Shown: piece after piece, positions 47,975 through 57,297 of the stretch
Position numbering within the stretch: the stretch's first letter is position 1
How the letters are laid out: each line of letters begins with the position of its first letter
IMG/VR virus record: IMGVR_UViG_3300028582_000252
Location: 20,152-84,151 of that record
Strand: one strand, 5' to 3'
DNA: 64,000 bases
Source of the DNA: a virus
Lineage: Duplodnaviria > Caudoviricetes
Made by a program: the position numbers and the translations under genes
The notes under the pieces: generated by a model
What the model was told of the DNA's origin: nothing
Databases searched by the model: none
Seen by the model: only the letters and a program-made list of their open reading frames with translations

Positions 47975-48220
47975 TGCGGTGGTCAATGCTGGTCATTACA
48001 TAACTTTTCCTTATAGCGTTTTTTTCTGAGATTTTTGCCCTAAAGGGGGTTTTATATAAGACCAGCACACACCTGCGCATTTTCCATTCAACATGATCAC
48101 TTGTGCAGGTCATTGCAAGTCATTACATAACTTTTCCCTATAGCGTTTTTTTCTGAAATTTTTGCCCTAAAGGGGGTTTTATATAAGACCTGCTCACACC
48201 TGCACACTTTCTATTCAACA
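47975..48220. repeat. Tandem ~127-bp imperfect direct repeat (candidate replication origin)
   Basis: CATTACATAACTTTTCC...GCCCTAAAGGGGGTTTTATATAAGACC starts at 47994 and 48121; directly downstream of the primase. Confidence 0.85.
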
Positions 48221-50451
48221 AAGTCCGTAAGCCTTAGTTTTAAGCCAAGTATGATGATTCCCGCTCTTTTCTTCACACGCACGAAGCCTCGCTGCTCTAC
48301 TGCCGCATAAAACTCCGTTGTGCTCCTTGTGAACTCTCCTGTCCTTTGACAGTACGCACGGTACTCTTCGTACAGTTTCCCGGATCTTTCACTGCATACT
48401 TCTCCGATGTCACAGCAGTCATCAAGGAAATGCTCGAGCCAGTTGCTGTCATCTTTATATTTTTCAATAGTCTCCCTTACGCATTCAGGCTCACGAAAAC
48501 TGAATCCGGCATCTATCGCCTTTTTCGCGCCCTCGATGATCCACTTCATCACGTATGGGGAAGCATTATCTAAAAGGTATCTTGAATAATTCTTGATGTC
48601 GCTTTTTCCGGTTATCCTGGCATTGAACGGGATAACGATGAGCCTCCTCCATGTACCTGAGTCCATTGCTCCTACCCTTGGAAGGTGGTTCGTGTAAAGG
48701 ACGAGCGTGTGGCTTGGAGTGAAAGAGGAAGGATCCTTATATTTCTTTTCCGCCGAGATTTTATCTGTGGAACAAAGCTGCTTTACTATCGATGTGGAAA
48801 GACGCATCCCTTCTTCAAGTTCAGCCGCGATAAGCAGACGTCTGCCCTTCGCCTCGGCAAGTTCCGGCTTTACGTTCCTCCTGCATCCGACAGTGAGCGT
48901 ATCAGCGGATATGCTCCCGCTGTAATCTCCAAGGACTCCCGCCACAGTGTTCCAGAATGTAGACTTTCCATTGCTGCCCTCTCCGTATGAGATTATAAGC
49001 GCTTCAAGGTCGACTTCGCCTATGGCGCTTATACCGGCGATCATCTGCACATAATCGATCAGTTCCTTATCGCCAAGAAAGATCGTGTCAATGAATGAAA
49101 GCCAGATCTGTTTACCGTAATCACCCGGTGGCGCGGCGGTCATCTTCGTGATGAGATCAGATGCCTTATGCTCATGCCGCCCTTTTATGCCTGTCGAAAG
49201 ATCATATGTCCCGTCCGGACAGTTCAAAAGATACGCGTCGCCATCGAGTTTTTCATACTCGACCTCGATCATCGGTTTCGCGGCCTGCAGTGCTGAAAGC
49301 ACATATTTCATGTCGCGCCGTTTCATGACGAATGCCATATATGACCTGGCAGAAAGATAAGCGCTGTATGCTTTCATCTGTTCCGCTTCTATGACTTTTT
49401 CTAGTGTCTTGCCCCCGCTTTTTATCTTTTCTTCTGACACTCCGGCACCCATCAGGGCCTTGAAAGCATGATCCAGTTCGTCCTTCGCATCCTCAAGCTG
49501 AAGGTCTAAAAATTCCTCCATAGCGCCCACGGCTCTCTGCTTTGATTCCACCCAGCGGTATCCGTCGTAACGTATGAAGTCAGTTGCGGGCGTGAATTTG
49601 AGTTCATCCTTGTATTCCCTGACCAGTGCCTTCGCCTGCCCTATATCCGAGTAATCGGCAGGCTTAAGTGATTCATTTTCAAACTCGTATTCTTCCGGCG
49701 GCACATAGCCTTCCTGACTTTGAACCTTTTTTGCGAACCTGCAGGCGCTTGACCATATCTTTGAAAGCTCGCTTCCAGGGAGCGGAGGGTCGCATTTTAC
49801 CGCCTCATCCATGAAGATACCGTGTGATCTTTCCGATATGCCGTATCTTTTAAGTACTCTGCCGGCGAACCTTGACATCGTGCTGTTCCTCTGCCCCTGC
49901 GGTATCGATGATGTATGTGCGTCACCGCTTTCTGCAAGGAACTCATCGATGGTCAGCATCCCTTCATGCCATAAGATGGTTTCACACGGAGCACCGTAGA
50001 TGAACCTCGCCGCGTCCAGTGCGTTCCCGTCAAAAAACGAAAATGCTTCAAATATCTTTTTCTTGAGCGCCGCTGAATCAGCTGCTTTTGTCATGATGCC
50101 GTGCGGGAAATACACATGGAACCTCGGTCTGGCCGATTTTCCGTCCTTTTCTTTCCCGTCATGCCTGCTTGGGACTATGGCAAACGAGACATCGTCGAGC
50201 AGTTCGGCTATATCATTCTGTGTCACCCATTCCGCCGGATCGTCACTGTGGTCGTTGTCGCAGTCCATTACCTCGCAGTCCGATGATTCGAAATCACTGC
50301 TGCTGCGGTGGCTCCTGTGGAACTTAGCCGTGACATGGTCTTTGGAAACAGCTGACTTCAGTGCGTCTTCACTGTTTACCGGGCAGACATTCGGATACAG
50401 GCTGTTCCTTTCGTTGCCGGTGCAGTCAGCTGTGTAAATAGTCATCTCCAT
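48211..50451 (-). CDS. Primase-helicase (AEP primase + PriCT + D5/P4 SF3 helicase)
   Basis: DCDND, RFHVYF, GQRNSTMS, YGEGSNGKST, TNHLP, WRRL.VIPF. Confidence 0.92.
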   Translation of the reverse strand: MEMTIYTADCTGNERNSLYPNVCPVNSEDALKSAVSKDHVTAKFHRSHRSSSDFESSDCEVMDCDNDHSDDPAEWVTQNDIAELLDDVSFAIVPSRHDGKEKDGKSARPRFHVYFPHGIMTKAADSAALKKKIFEAFSFFDGNALDAARFIYGAPCETILWHEGMLTIDEFLAESGDAHTSSIPQGQRNSTMSRFAGRVLKRYGISERSHGIFMDEAVKCDPPLPGSELSKIWSSACRFAKKVQSQEGYVPPEEYEFENESLKPADYSDIGQAKALVREYKDELKFTPATDFIRYDGYRWVESKQRAVGAMEEFLDLQLEDAKDELDHAFKALMGAGVSEEKIKSGGKTLEKVIEAEQMKAYSAYLSARSYMAFVMKRRDMKYVLSALQAAKPMIEVEYEKLDGDAYLLNCPDGTYDLSTGIKGRHEHKASDLITKMTAAPPGDYGKQIWLSFIDTIFLGDKELIDYVQMIAGISAIGEVDLEALIISYGEGSNGKSTFWNTVAGVLGDYSGSISADTLTVGCRRNVKPELAEAKGRRLLIAAELEEGMRLSTSIVKQLCSTDKISAEKKYKDPSSFTPSHTLVLYTNHLPRVGAMDSGTWRRLIVIPFNARITGKSDIKNYSRYLLDNASPYVMKWIIEGAKKAIDAGFSFREPECVRETIEKYKDDSNWLEHFLDDCCDIGEVCSERSGKLYEEYRAYCQRTGEFTRSTTEFYAAVEQRGFVRVKKRAGIIILGLKLRLTDFVE

Positions 50452-50780
50452 CAGTCATCCTCCTCCCGGCTCTCATCTTCCAGGACGGATACGATGAATT
50501 TCAGCGCCGTTATCACTGTGCGAAGTTCCGCATCCCCTGAAAGAAGCACTTCGAAACCCTCGCTTTCACCGTTCCTTCCTTTCAGCGGCATAGCATTGAT
50601 AGCCGTCCCGCCTCCATCCTGTATGCGGAAATATGTTTTTCCTCCGTGACCGGCATCGCCTCCCATGAACCCGGTGGTCCCGGCTTCGGCTTCAAGGACA
50701 TTAGCGTCCCATATGTCCCTCTCATATGTAACGATAGGTGTCCCGTTTATCTCCTTTAATTGTTCTCTTACTTCATGCAT
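50451..50780 (-). CDS. Conserved phage hypothetical protein
   Basis: EAGTTGFMGGDAGHGG; coupled to neighbours. Confidence 0.7.
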   Translation of the reverse strand: MHEVREQLKEINGTPIVTYERDIWDANVLEAEAGTTGFMGGDAGHGGKTYFRIQDGGGTAINAMPLKGRNGESEGFEVLLSGDAELRTVITALKFIVSVLEDESREEDD

Positions 50781-51178
50781 GAAAGTTCCTCCTCTTCTAT
50801 GAACCTGACTTCCTGTCCTCTTTTTTCCGCTCTGTTGATCTCAAGCCGCATACCGTCAGTAACAGTGTTACCGAATACCCATACAGCCGCGCACTTCGTA
50901 AGAAGTACAAGATCCATGAACAGTGCAAGATCTCTTTCCGTATCCTCCCGCATGAACTGCGGTAACAGAAGATGCGGGCACATGGGTATGACTCCCTTGT
51001 CTACCGCGTACCGGCAGTATCTCCTTGCATTGTTCGTATTCTTTTTGATGTCGCCCGAATACGGCGAGCAGATATATACCAGCGGCCTGTAGTCAAAACC
51101 GTCAGCTGACAGTATCGCCTTATACGCGGTCATATCGGTATATCCTTCGCTGTTCTTCCTGCTTAATATTTCATCCAA
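50768..51178 (-). CDS. DUF4406/nucleoside deoxyribosyltransferase-like protein
   Basis: LVYICSPYSGD...PHL..PQF...C.AVWVFG....GM..EI. Confidence 0.75.
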   Translation of the reverse strand: MDEILSRKNSEGYTDMTAYKAILSADGFDYRPLVYICSPYSGDIKKNTNNARRYCRYAVDKGVIPMCPHLLLPQFMREDTERDLALFMDLVLLTKCAAVWVFGNTVTDGMRLEINRAEKRGQEVRFIEEEELSCMK

Positions 51179-51219
51179 GCTGTCTCCTCCTTTCCGGGAT
51201 ATAAAAACTTCTCCTATCC

Positions 51220-51258
51220 CTCAGTATTCAAAGGACAGGAGAAGTGATTTTGAGCAAG
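51220..51258 (-). promoter_or_regulatory. Phage-specific promoter-like motif (family A)
   Basis: TTGCTC-N15-GTCCTTTGAATACTGAG upstream of the primase operon. Confidence 0.7.
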
Positions 51259-51302
51259 CATATTTTGAATTAGATGTTATAATTGATGCAGAGGTGAGAA
51301 TC

Positions 51303-52172
51303 ATGGCGAAATGTAAAAATTGTGGTAAAAAAGGATTGTTTTTAAAGCTGAATGCCAGAGGATTATGTCCCGAATGTGCAGCAAAAGCTGATGCCGCTCC
51401 TAAGTCCGGACAGATAATTATTGGATTTAATGGAATAAATATCGGGCAGGAGGATCGTGCTATCGGACATAACGATGAAGAAGAGGCATGCCAATTCTTT
51501 ATAGATGAACTTGTAAAAAGAGGTAAAGAACTGTCACATTTCAAGATAGAACATCGTTCATCTGATTATACTTCCCTGGTATTTGATCTCGATGATTTCA
51601 TTCGGATCAAGATAACAGACAATGTAAAGTGGATATCTTTATCCTTATCAATGGAAGATCAGCAAAAATTTATGAATGATCCGCTCTTTGCCAGTCAATC
51701 AAACAAGCAGGTACGACACTGGCTTTCCGATTTCCAATCATTCGATGACTTGGAAAAATATGTTGATTTGGCAGAACATGCATGTATGCCAACGACCTAT
51801 AATTATGACCGTGATTTGACTGATAAAGAAAAAACTGTAGCAGATTATCTTATGCATCTTTTTATAGAATGCGGTGCTGATCCCAATAAATTCTACTGCC
51901 ACATTCTATCACAGGAAGCCGAACTGATATACAACTCTCAATTTGGTGATATACGCTTTAAAGCATATGCCAAAAAAGCAGGCGGTTATATTATACTAGA
52001 CCGCGATTTTAGCACTGCAGGAATCAAGGCGGATAAGAACAGACTTCCGTTCACAGAATTATCCGACTTGGATTTTCTTAAAGAGCACCTGATACCGATA
52101 AAAATCGAGAAAGGACTTGATTCGAAATACAGCTGCGAGATGCAATACTATGCAAAGTATCCAATACAGTGA
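51303..52172 (+). CDS. Antisense moron: hypothetical protein with N-terminal Zn ribbon
   Basis: CKNC...CPEC; SD GAGGTG; TGnTATAAT upstream; AT-rich; own terminator. Confidence 0.8.
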   Translation: MAKCKNCGKKGLFLKLNARGLCPECAAKADAAPKSGQIIIGFNGINIGQEDRAIGHNDEEEACQFFIDELVKRGKELSHFKIEHRSSDYTSLVFDLDDFIRIKITDNVKWISLSLSMEDQQKFMNDPLFASQSNKQVRHWLSDFQSFDDLEKYVDLAEHACMPTTYNYDRDLTDKEKTVADYLMHLFIECGADPNKFYCHILSQEAELIYNSQFGDIRFKAYAKKAGGYIILDRDFSTAGIKADKNRLPFTELSDLDFLKEHLIPIKIEKGLDSKYSCEMQYYAKYPIQ

Positions 52173-52181
52173 TGTTATTTG

Positions 52182-52215
52182 GCCTGGAAGTTTGATTCTT
52201 CCAGGCTCTTTGTTT
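52182..52215. terminator. Terminator between the moron and the polymerase gene
   Basis: GCCTGGAAG/CTTCCAGGC stem followed by TCTTTGTTT. Confidence 0.75.
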
Positions 52216-54199
52216 AATCTTTCTGATAAAAATCGCATTCGTACCCATCGGCTCTTAGGAGCAGTCCTTTTATCCACGGAGGAGTGCGGCCCATCTGCTC
52301 GCATATCGCATCAAGGGACGCATCCTTTCTGCATTCTATGATAAGTTCATCGTGAACATGAGCCACTATGAAGCAGTGCGACAGTGTACGCATTGCATAC
52401 TTCAAGATGTCGGCGCATACTGCCTGACAGATGTTTTCCGTAAGTTTCGGGCCATAGGTCTCAAGTCTTTCCCACTTCCTTGCTGTTCCGATGCCCATGT
52501 ATGTGATGCTTTCCCATCCGAAACGGTTCACCCCGATATGCGGTTTGACATATGACAGGCTCCTGCCGGAAGGAAGTTTTATGAACAGCATCCCGCTTCT
52601 GCAGGTGAATGTGAATCCACGCGACTCCACTTCTGTTTTCATCCTGATTGCATCTTTGGCTGCTTTGTCTATATCCCACCAGAACTGCACGATGTTCTGA
52701 TTCGCTGTTCGCCACGCGTCCACCAAAGGTTTCAGTTCTTCTTCCCTGAGTCCCATATCGATTGCGCCCATTGCTTTTAAGGCCCCGCTAGCCCCGCCGT
52801 AGCCGAGAGCAAGTTCAGAAATTTTTCCCTTCTGCCTGAGTTCTCCGTTGACTCCGTTCTTTTCGACCGGGACATGAAACATTTTCTCTGCACTCGCGCA
52901 GTAAATATCCTTGCCTTCAGCAAATGCTTTCTGTCTCCAGTCCTCTCCTGCAAGGAACGCGAGACACCTGGCTTCTATTGCGGAAAAGTCTGCAACGCAG
53001 AACTTGTATCCGGTGCGCGGAATGAATGCTGTCCTGATGAGTTCCGAAAGCATTGACGGAACGCTGTCATAGAGCATCTCCATCGAGTCATAATTTCCAG
53101 TTCGCACTAGTTCTCTTGCCTGCGCAAGATCAGGAGCGTGGTTCTGTGGAAGGTTCTGCAGCTGCACATGCCGCCCCGCGAATCTGCCCGTCCTGCTCGC
53201 TCCATAGAACATGAACATGCCTCTTGCCCTGTCATCCGATAATGCTACCGTATCCATCGCATGGTATTTCCGAACCGATGATTTGGAGAGTCGCTGTCTG
53301 AGCATGAGTACCTCACGCACATCGCCCTTTGCATCAGTGAGCATTTCCCCGACTGCCTTTTTATCAAGCGAAGTCACCTCCAGTCCTTTGGTTTTCAGCC
53401 ACCCCGAAAGCTGCTGGACTGAGTTCGGATTGTCAAGTCCGGTCAGATGTCTCATGCCGCTCTCAAGGCTCTCTCGTGCCCTCTCATCGAACTTTATGGC
53501 ATTCTCCACCATCTGCCTGTCTATCCGTATCCCACGGTCATTTATCTCCTCGCTCAGATGGTATTCTTCCCAGACCGCGTCCGGTACCGGATACCCGGCG
53601 AGCCGCCTTTTTACCGCAAGTTCCACCTCGACATCCCGCATGTTATATCTTTTATATGTTTCCCACTTTTCCAGCGCATGTTCAGGGAGATTCCTTGTTC
53701 TCCCGCCATTCGTTGCTGTCGGTCTGCACGGCACAGAGAAATACCGGATGAGCGCTTTTCCCTCCGTCATCTTCTGGTCATCGAGTTTCAGCACCCGCCC
53801 GACTTCTGCGAGTGACATGGGAAGCCCCATATACGCGGACCAAACCATCGAACATCTCCAGGATGACGGATCAAGGTAATCCCCGACAGTATCTTCGCTT
53901 ATACTGTAGCTTTTGAACAATGCCGGATAATGGCGCTTTATGTAAACCGACAGGCAGACACGTTCAAAGGAAGCATTGAATGCCCATTTTATAATGTCCT
54001 CGGACACTATGGCTTCAAGTATCTCAGTCGGTATGATTTCGCCTTGTGCAAGATCGACTGTTTCCACATCAGTCCCGTCGGTACTGTATGAGAAAAGGAG
54101 TATCTCAAAGGCTTTGGAATCGGCATATTTATACACTCCCGCTGCCCGTATATCCTCATCTGAATATGTTTCAATGTCTATACTGAGTTCATGTATCAT
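52214..54199 (-). CDS. Phage family-A DNA polymerase with 3'-5' exonuclease
   Basis: IDIETYS, AFNASFER, TGRF...QLQNLP, ADFSAIEAR, RQKGKISELALGYG, HVHDE. Confidence 0.93.
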   Translation of the reverse strand: MIHELSIDIETYSDEDIRAAGVYKYADSKAFEILLFSYSTDGTDVETVDLAQGEIIPTEILEAIVSEDIIKWAFNASFERVCLSVYIKRHYPALFKSYSISEDTVGDYLDPSSWRCSMVWSAYMGLPMSLAEVGRVLKLDDQKMTEGKALIRYFSVPCRPTATNGGRTRNLPEHALEKWETYKRYNMRDVEVELAVKRRLAGYPVPDAVWEEYHLSEEINDRGIRIDRQMVENAIKFDERARESLESGMRHLTGLDNPNSVQQLSGWLKTKGLEVTSLDKKAVGEMLTDAKGDVREVLMLRQRLSKSSVRKYHAMDTVALSDDRARGMFMFYGASRTGRFAGRHVQLQNLPQNHAPDLAQARELVRTGNYDSMEMLYDSVPSMLSELIRTAFIPRTGYKFCVADFSAIEARCLAFLAGEDWRQKAFAEGKDIYCASAEKMFHVPVEKNGVNGELRQKGKISELALGYGGASGALKAMGAIDMGLREEELKPLVDAWRTANQNIVQFWWDIDKAAKDAIRMKTEVESRGFTFTCRSGMLFIKLPSGRSLSYVKPHIGVNRFGWESITYMGIGTARKWERLETYGPKLTENICQAVCADILKYAMRTLSHCFIVAHVHDELIIECRKDASLDAICEQMGRTPPWIKGLLLRADGYECDFYQKD

Positions 54200-54257
54200 T
54201 TTTACCTCCATAACAAATGAGCGGCAGAGGATGATCCCTGCCGCAGCATTTCCATTT

Positions 54258-54491
54258 CTATTTCCCGTTCAACCCGGTCAGCTTGAGTCTTTCCTTTTTC
54301 ATATACTCTTCCCATTCCTCATCCCTGATGACACGGCGTATCTCACGTTCCGTTTCCACGGCCTTTTTCTCACGCTTTTCTCTTTCATCACGGACATCAT
54401 TTCTTATGCATACATATGCGAAGAACAGTCCTATGAAAATAAATATGAAAACAAGTATCATGCACAGGACACTCATTACAATATTGAACAT
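54258..54491 (-). CDS. Small membrane protein
   Basis: N-terminal hydrophobic helix, charged tail; SD GAGG. Confidence 0.7.
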   Translation of the reverse strand: MFNIVMSVLCMILVFIFIFIGLFFAYVCIRNDVRDEREKREKKAVETEREIRRVIRDEEWEEYMKKERLKLTGLNGK

Positions 54492-54552
54492 TTTTTACCT
54501 CTTCTTTCCCGGAGCGGCATTAAGCCGCCCCGTATACATTGACAATGATTGA

Positions 54553-55113
54553 CTAATCAAGGAAACCTTCATCTTCATCCGCAAAATCATCCTCCGCGCT
54601 TATTCTGCTGCCGAGCGGCTCGCCGTCCTTTATCTTCTGAAGATTGTTGAGACCGCAAGCTATGCCCCTGTTGCCGGAAGAGTTGAAAGCGTAAAAGCTG
54701 ATCGATGCTCTGCCGTATACCCCGGAGTACACTTCGGAATGGTCGATGATTTCCTGTCTGTCGGCATCTACGATTCCAGGGGCTGTTGTGGAATTTGCGT
54801 TGACAAAATATGCATTCGCATATGCGGCGTCATCCGGTCTTTCAAGGTCACCGTCACGAAGCGGTGTCTTGATGGCATCAAGCGCTGGAACACTCCTGCC
54901 GTTTCCTTTCAGTTTCCCGCTGCCTTCCTCATATGCCGCCTGGATCGCAGCCTTTACCTTTGCGACAGTCTTTTCATCGCTCTTTGGTATGATCAGACTG
55001 ACACTGTACTTCGGAGTCCCTCCGTTGATTGCCTTAGGCTCCCATGCGTTGCAATAACTCCATCTGGTCCCTGTTCCTGTGATTACCTTTGTTGGATTCT
55101 TCAAATTTGACAT
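54553..55113 (-). CDS. DUF2815 ssDNA-binding protein
   Basis: PKYSVSLIIPK, PLRDGD.ER, YSGVYGRAS, GLNNLQK; acidic tail. Confidence 0.9.
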   Translation of the reverse strand: MSNLKNPTKVITGTGTRWSYCNAWEPKAINGGTPKYSVSLIIPKSDEKTVAKVKAAIQAAYEEGSGKLKGNGRSVPALDAIKTPLRDGDLERPDDAAYANAYFVNANSTTAPGIVDADRQEIIDHSEVYSGVYGRASISFYAFNSSGNRGIACGLNNLQKIKDGEPLGSRISAEDDFADEDEGFLD

Positions 55114-55114
55114 A

Positions 55115-56248
55115 CTATTTTTCCTCCTTGAAATCTTCCTGTGCTGTGATTACTTCTATCGCCGGTCTTTTATCGCTCTCCGGCACAAGCGTTGGTTTGC
55201 CGGGCGGCTTCGTCACAAGACCGCCGAGTATCTCCTCGAACTTCGTTTTTCCGAGCATCCTGGTCATTGCAGTGATGCCCAGCAGTTTCTTCTCATAGGG
55301 ATCGAAGCCCGCGTTGACGACTGCCTGCGCCGCAAGCGTATCATCAGAGAACTTCCTGACTGAACGTCCCGCTACGAGTTTGTGATGTGCCCACACCTTG
55401 CCTTCCATTGCTTTCCGGAACGCGTAGTCTTTGACGTCGGATGCCCATGATGTGAGTTCATCAGATCTCATAAGGATGTCTTCTATCTCATCATCCTCAA
55501 GCATTGAGGGATCTCTGAACTCATACCTTGCCATCTCAAGGTTCAACTCCGCGCGTTTACGGCATGTTGCCCTTACCCGGCAGAATCTGCAGTGGTCTCC
55601 AGCGACAAATTCGCCTTCTCCTGCTGATGCCAGCTTCGCAGCCGGGATCAATACATCCTGTCCCCATGTAAGCAGTTCATCTTTTGATATCTCCCATGTA
55701 CTGACGTTGTCTCTTCTTGGCTGATAAATATTCAGCGTCACTGTTTCGATATCATAGATTCCTTCATAAACATCAAGTGCTCCGAGACCGTAGCACATGA
55801 GCTGCGTGTTTCTCTCCGCTGACACTGCTATGCCGGTTCCATACTTCAAATCTGTTATCCAAAGCGTGTGATCTGCTGCAATGACGGAATCCGCCGTCCC
55901 GAAACCGCCCGGAATCCACCTTGAAAGATCAAGCTGCAGTTCTACATCAGCTGCAGGATCTTCGCATTCACTTTTGGCTTTCTTCAGTATCTCATCTATG
56001 AACTCTGCATACCCGTCTGTTGCTTCATCCATCTCCTGGTCGTAATATTCCAGTTCTCCGGGCGGGTCGATGGCATCTATGCCGAGAAGCTTTTTAGCCT
56101 TGTATTCTGCCAGGCTGTGAGCACATGTTCCCTGCATGGCATACTCTGAAAGCTTGTCGCCTGCAGCATGATTAAGTACTGCAGAAGGTGTGCATACCGT
56201 CCATCTGCCGCTTGATGATGCTGACAGGACCGCGTGTTTATCAGGCAT
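55115..56248 (-). CDS. DUF2800 PD-(D/E)xK (Cas4-like) nuclease
   Basis: HAVLSASS..RW..C, GT.AH, FGTAD, DLKYG, QL.CY, HCRFC...C. Confidence 0.88.
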   Translation of the reverse strand: MPDKHAVLSASSSGRWTVCTPSAVLNHAAGDKLSEYAMQGTCAHSLAEYKAKKLLGIDAIDPPGELEYYDQEMDEATDGYAEFIDEILKKAKSECEDPAADVELQLDLSRWIPGGFGTADSVIAADHTLWITDLKYGTGIAVSAERNTQLMCYGLGALDVYEGIYDIETVTLNIYQPRRDNVSTWEISKDELLTWGQDVLIPAAKLASAGEGEFVAGDHCRFCRVRATCRKRAELNLEMARYEFRDPSMLEDDEIEDILMRSDELTSWASDVKDYAFRKAMEGKVWAHHKLVAGRSVRKFSDDTLAAQAVVNAGFDPYEKKLLGITAMTRMLGKTKFEEILGGLVTKPPGKPTLVPESDKRPAIEVITAQEDFKEEK

Positions 56249-56540
56249 CGGGCAGCACCTCCGCATCCGCAAGAAGACTCTTATACTCCTGCGGATCTAT
56301 TTCTGACAGCTTATCTGCACCGTGTTTTTTGAGAAGTTCTCTGACCGCATCGGTGTTCGCTTTGCTTACCCTTGCCTTCTCTGCAAGCACTTTTCTTACA
56401 TCTGTAAGTTTCAAAACTGTATCAGATGTTTCCTTACTCCCGGAAAACATTTTTTCCAGGGCATCAGCCGACTTTATGATCGACTCTCCCGCGGCGCGTA
56501 TGTCAGATACGACAGACGATAATTCTTTGGACTGACTCAT
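56241..56540 (-). CDS. Conserved phage hypothetical protein
   Basis: L.DVRKVLAEK....VRELLKKHGA.KLSEIDP..Y..LL.DAE. Confidence 0.75.
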   Translation of the reverse strand: MSQSKELSSVVSDIRAAGESIIKSADALEKMFSGSKETSDTVLKLTDVRKVLAEKARVSKANTDAVRELLKKHGADKLSEIDPQEYKSLLADAEVLPDA

Positions 56541-56676
56541 GTTTGCGTTCTCCTTTCATTTTTTCGATTTTTGACTCTTCAGCAAGGCTGAGTGCCAGGC
56601 GTTCTGTGGATCTGCTGATCCCCATGAGTATGGCTGCCAGATCAGCTTTGCTGTATTCCTGTTTTTCCCCATCCAT
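56503..56676 (-). CDS. Small phage protein (57 aa)
   Basis: SD AAGGAGG before ATG 56676; directly after the family A motifs. Confidence 0.65.
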   Translation of the reverse strand: MDGEKQEYSKADLAAILMGISRSTERLALSLAEESKIEKMKGERKHESVQRIIVCRI

Positions 56677-56692
56677 AAGGCTTTCCTCCTTT

Positions 56693-56800
56693 CCACTGTT
56701 CAAAGGACAGTTATCTGAGAGTTGAGCAAAATGTTTGTGATTTTTATTTCTGCTCCCTTTCTCACTGTTCATAGGACAGCTTCAGAGAATTTCAGCAAAA
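56693..56800 (-). promoter_or_regulatory. Two tandem family A promoter-like motifs
   Basis: TTGCTC-N15-GTCCTTTGAACAGTGG (56693-56730) and TTGCTG-N15-GTCCTATGAACAGTGAG (56761-56800). Confidence 0.7.
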
Positions 56801-56835
56801 TACCACTGCAGCTTTTGACACTGCAGTGGTATTTT
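56797..56835. terminator. Long hairpin terminator after the sigma-like gene
   Basis: AAAATACCACTGCAG/CTGCAGTGGTATTTT 15-bp stem. Confidence 0.8.
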
Positions 56836-56839
56836 AGTT

Positions 56840-57295
56840 TTAGATGTCCTCACCGTGGCGCTCGAGAAGGATTGCTATTGCCTTACGTTTGCGATAAGAA
56901 ACAGTCGTTTGTTTCATCCCAAGAACTTCTGCGATAGCTTTGTCTTTCAAACCATCATGCCTAAGTGCAAGGATGGCACGGTCCGTAGCGTCGAGTTCCT
57001 GGTAGGATGCGAAGACCTCTGCATGGATTTCATTTTCGATGACTTCATGTTCTACCGAATCCGGAGCTGCAATTTCCTGGCATTCATCCATCGTCTGTTC
57101 GAGAGAGAATGCCATGCCATCCCTTGTACGAAGACATTCGCTGCATCTCTTAGTGCAACGATTACCGCCGTCACCGATGCAACGACTAAGCCTTGCCTTG
57201 CGCTTTTTTTCTCGCCATGCATCTCGTATGAGAAATTCATATACTTCCTCAGATACCTCGATGTCCTTACCATAATAATTAAATACTTTTGCCAT
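56840..57295 (-). CDS. Phage sigma-70/ECF-like factor with Cys cluster
   Basis: RC......RC...CSEC; C-terminal LDATDRAIL...GL....IAEVLG....TVSYR r4 HTH; SD GGAGG before ATG 57295. Confidence 0.8.
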   Translation of the reverse strand: MAKVFNYYGKDIEVSEEVYEFLIRDAWREKKRKARLSRCIGDGGNRCTKRCSECLRTRDGMAFSLEQTMDECQEIAAPDSVEHEVIENEIHAEVFASYQELDATDRAILALRHDGLKDKAIAEVLGMKQTTVSYRKRKAIAILLERHGEDI

Positions 57296-57297
57296 TG

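Noticed and set aside
37857-54199. Introns or inteins in terminase, primase or polymerase
   Set aside because: ORFs are continuous and of normal length; no splicing or homing motifs seen.
55115-56248. Cas4-like nuclease as CRISPR evidence
   Set aside because: It is the standard DUF2800 gene beside SSB and polymerase in phage replication modules.
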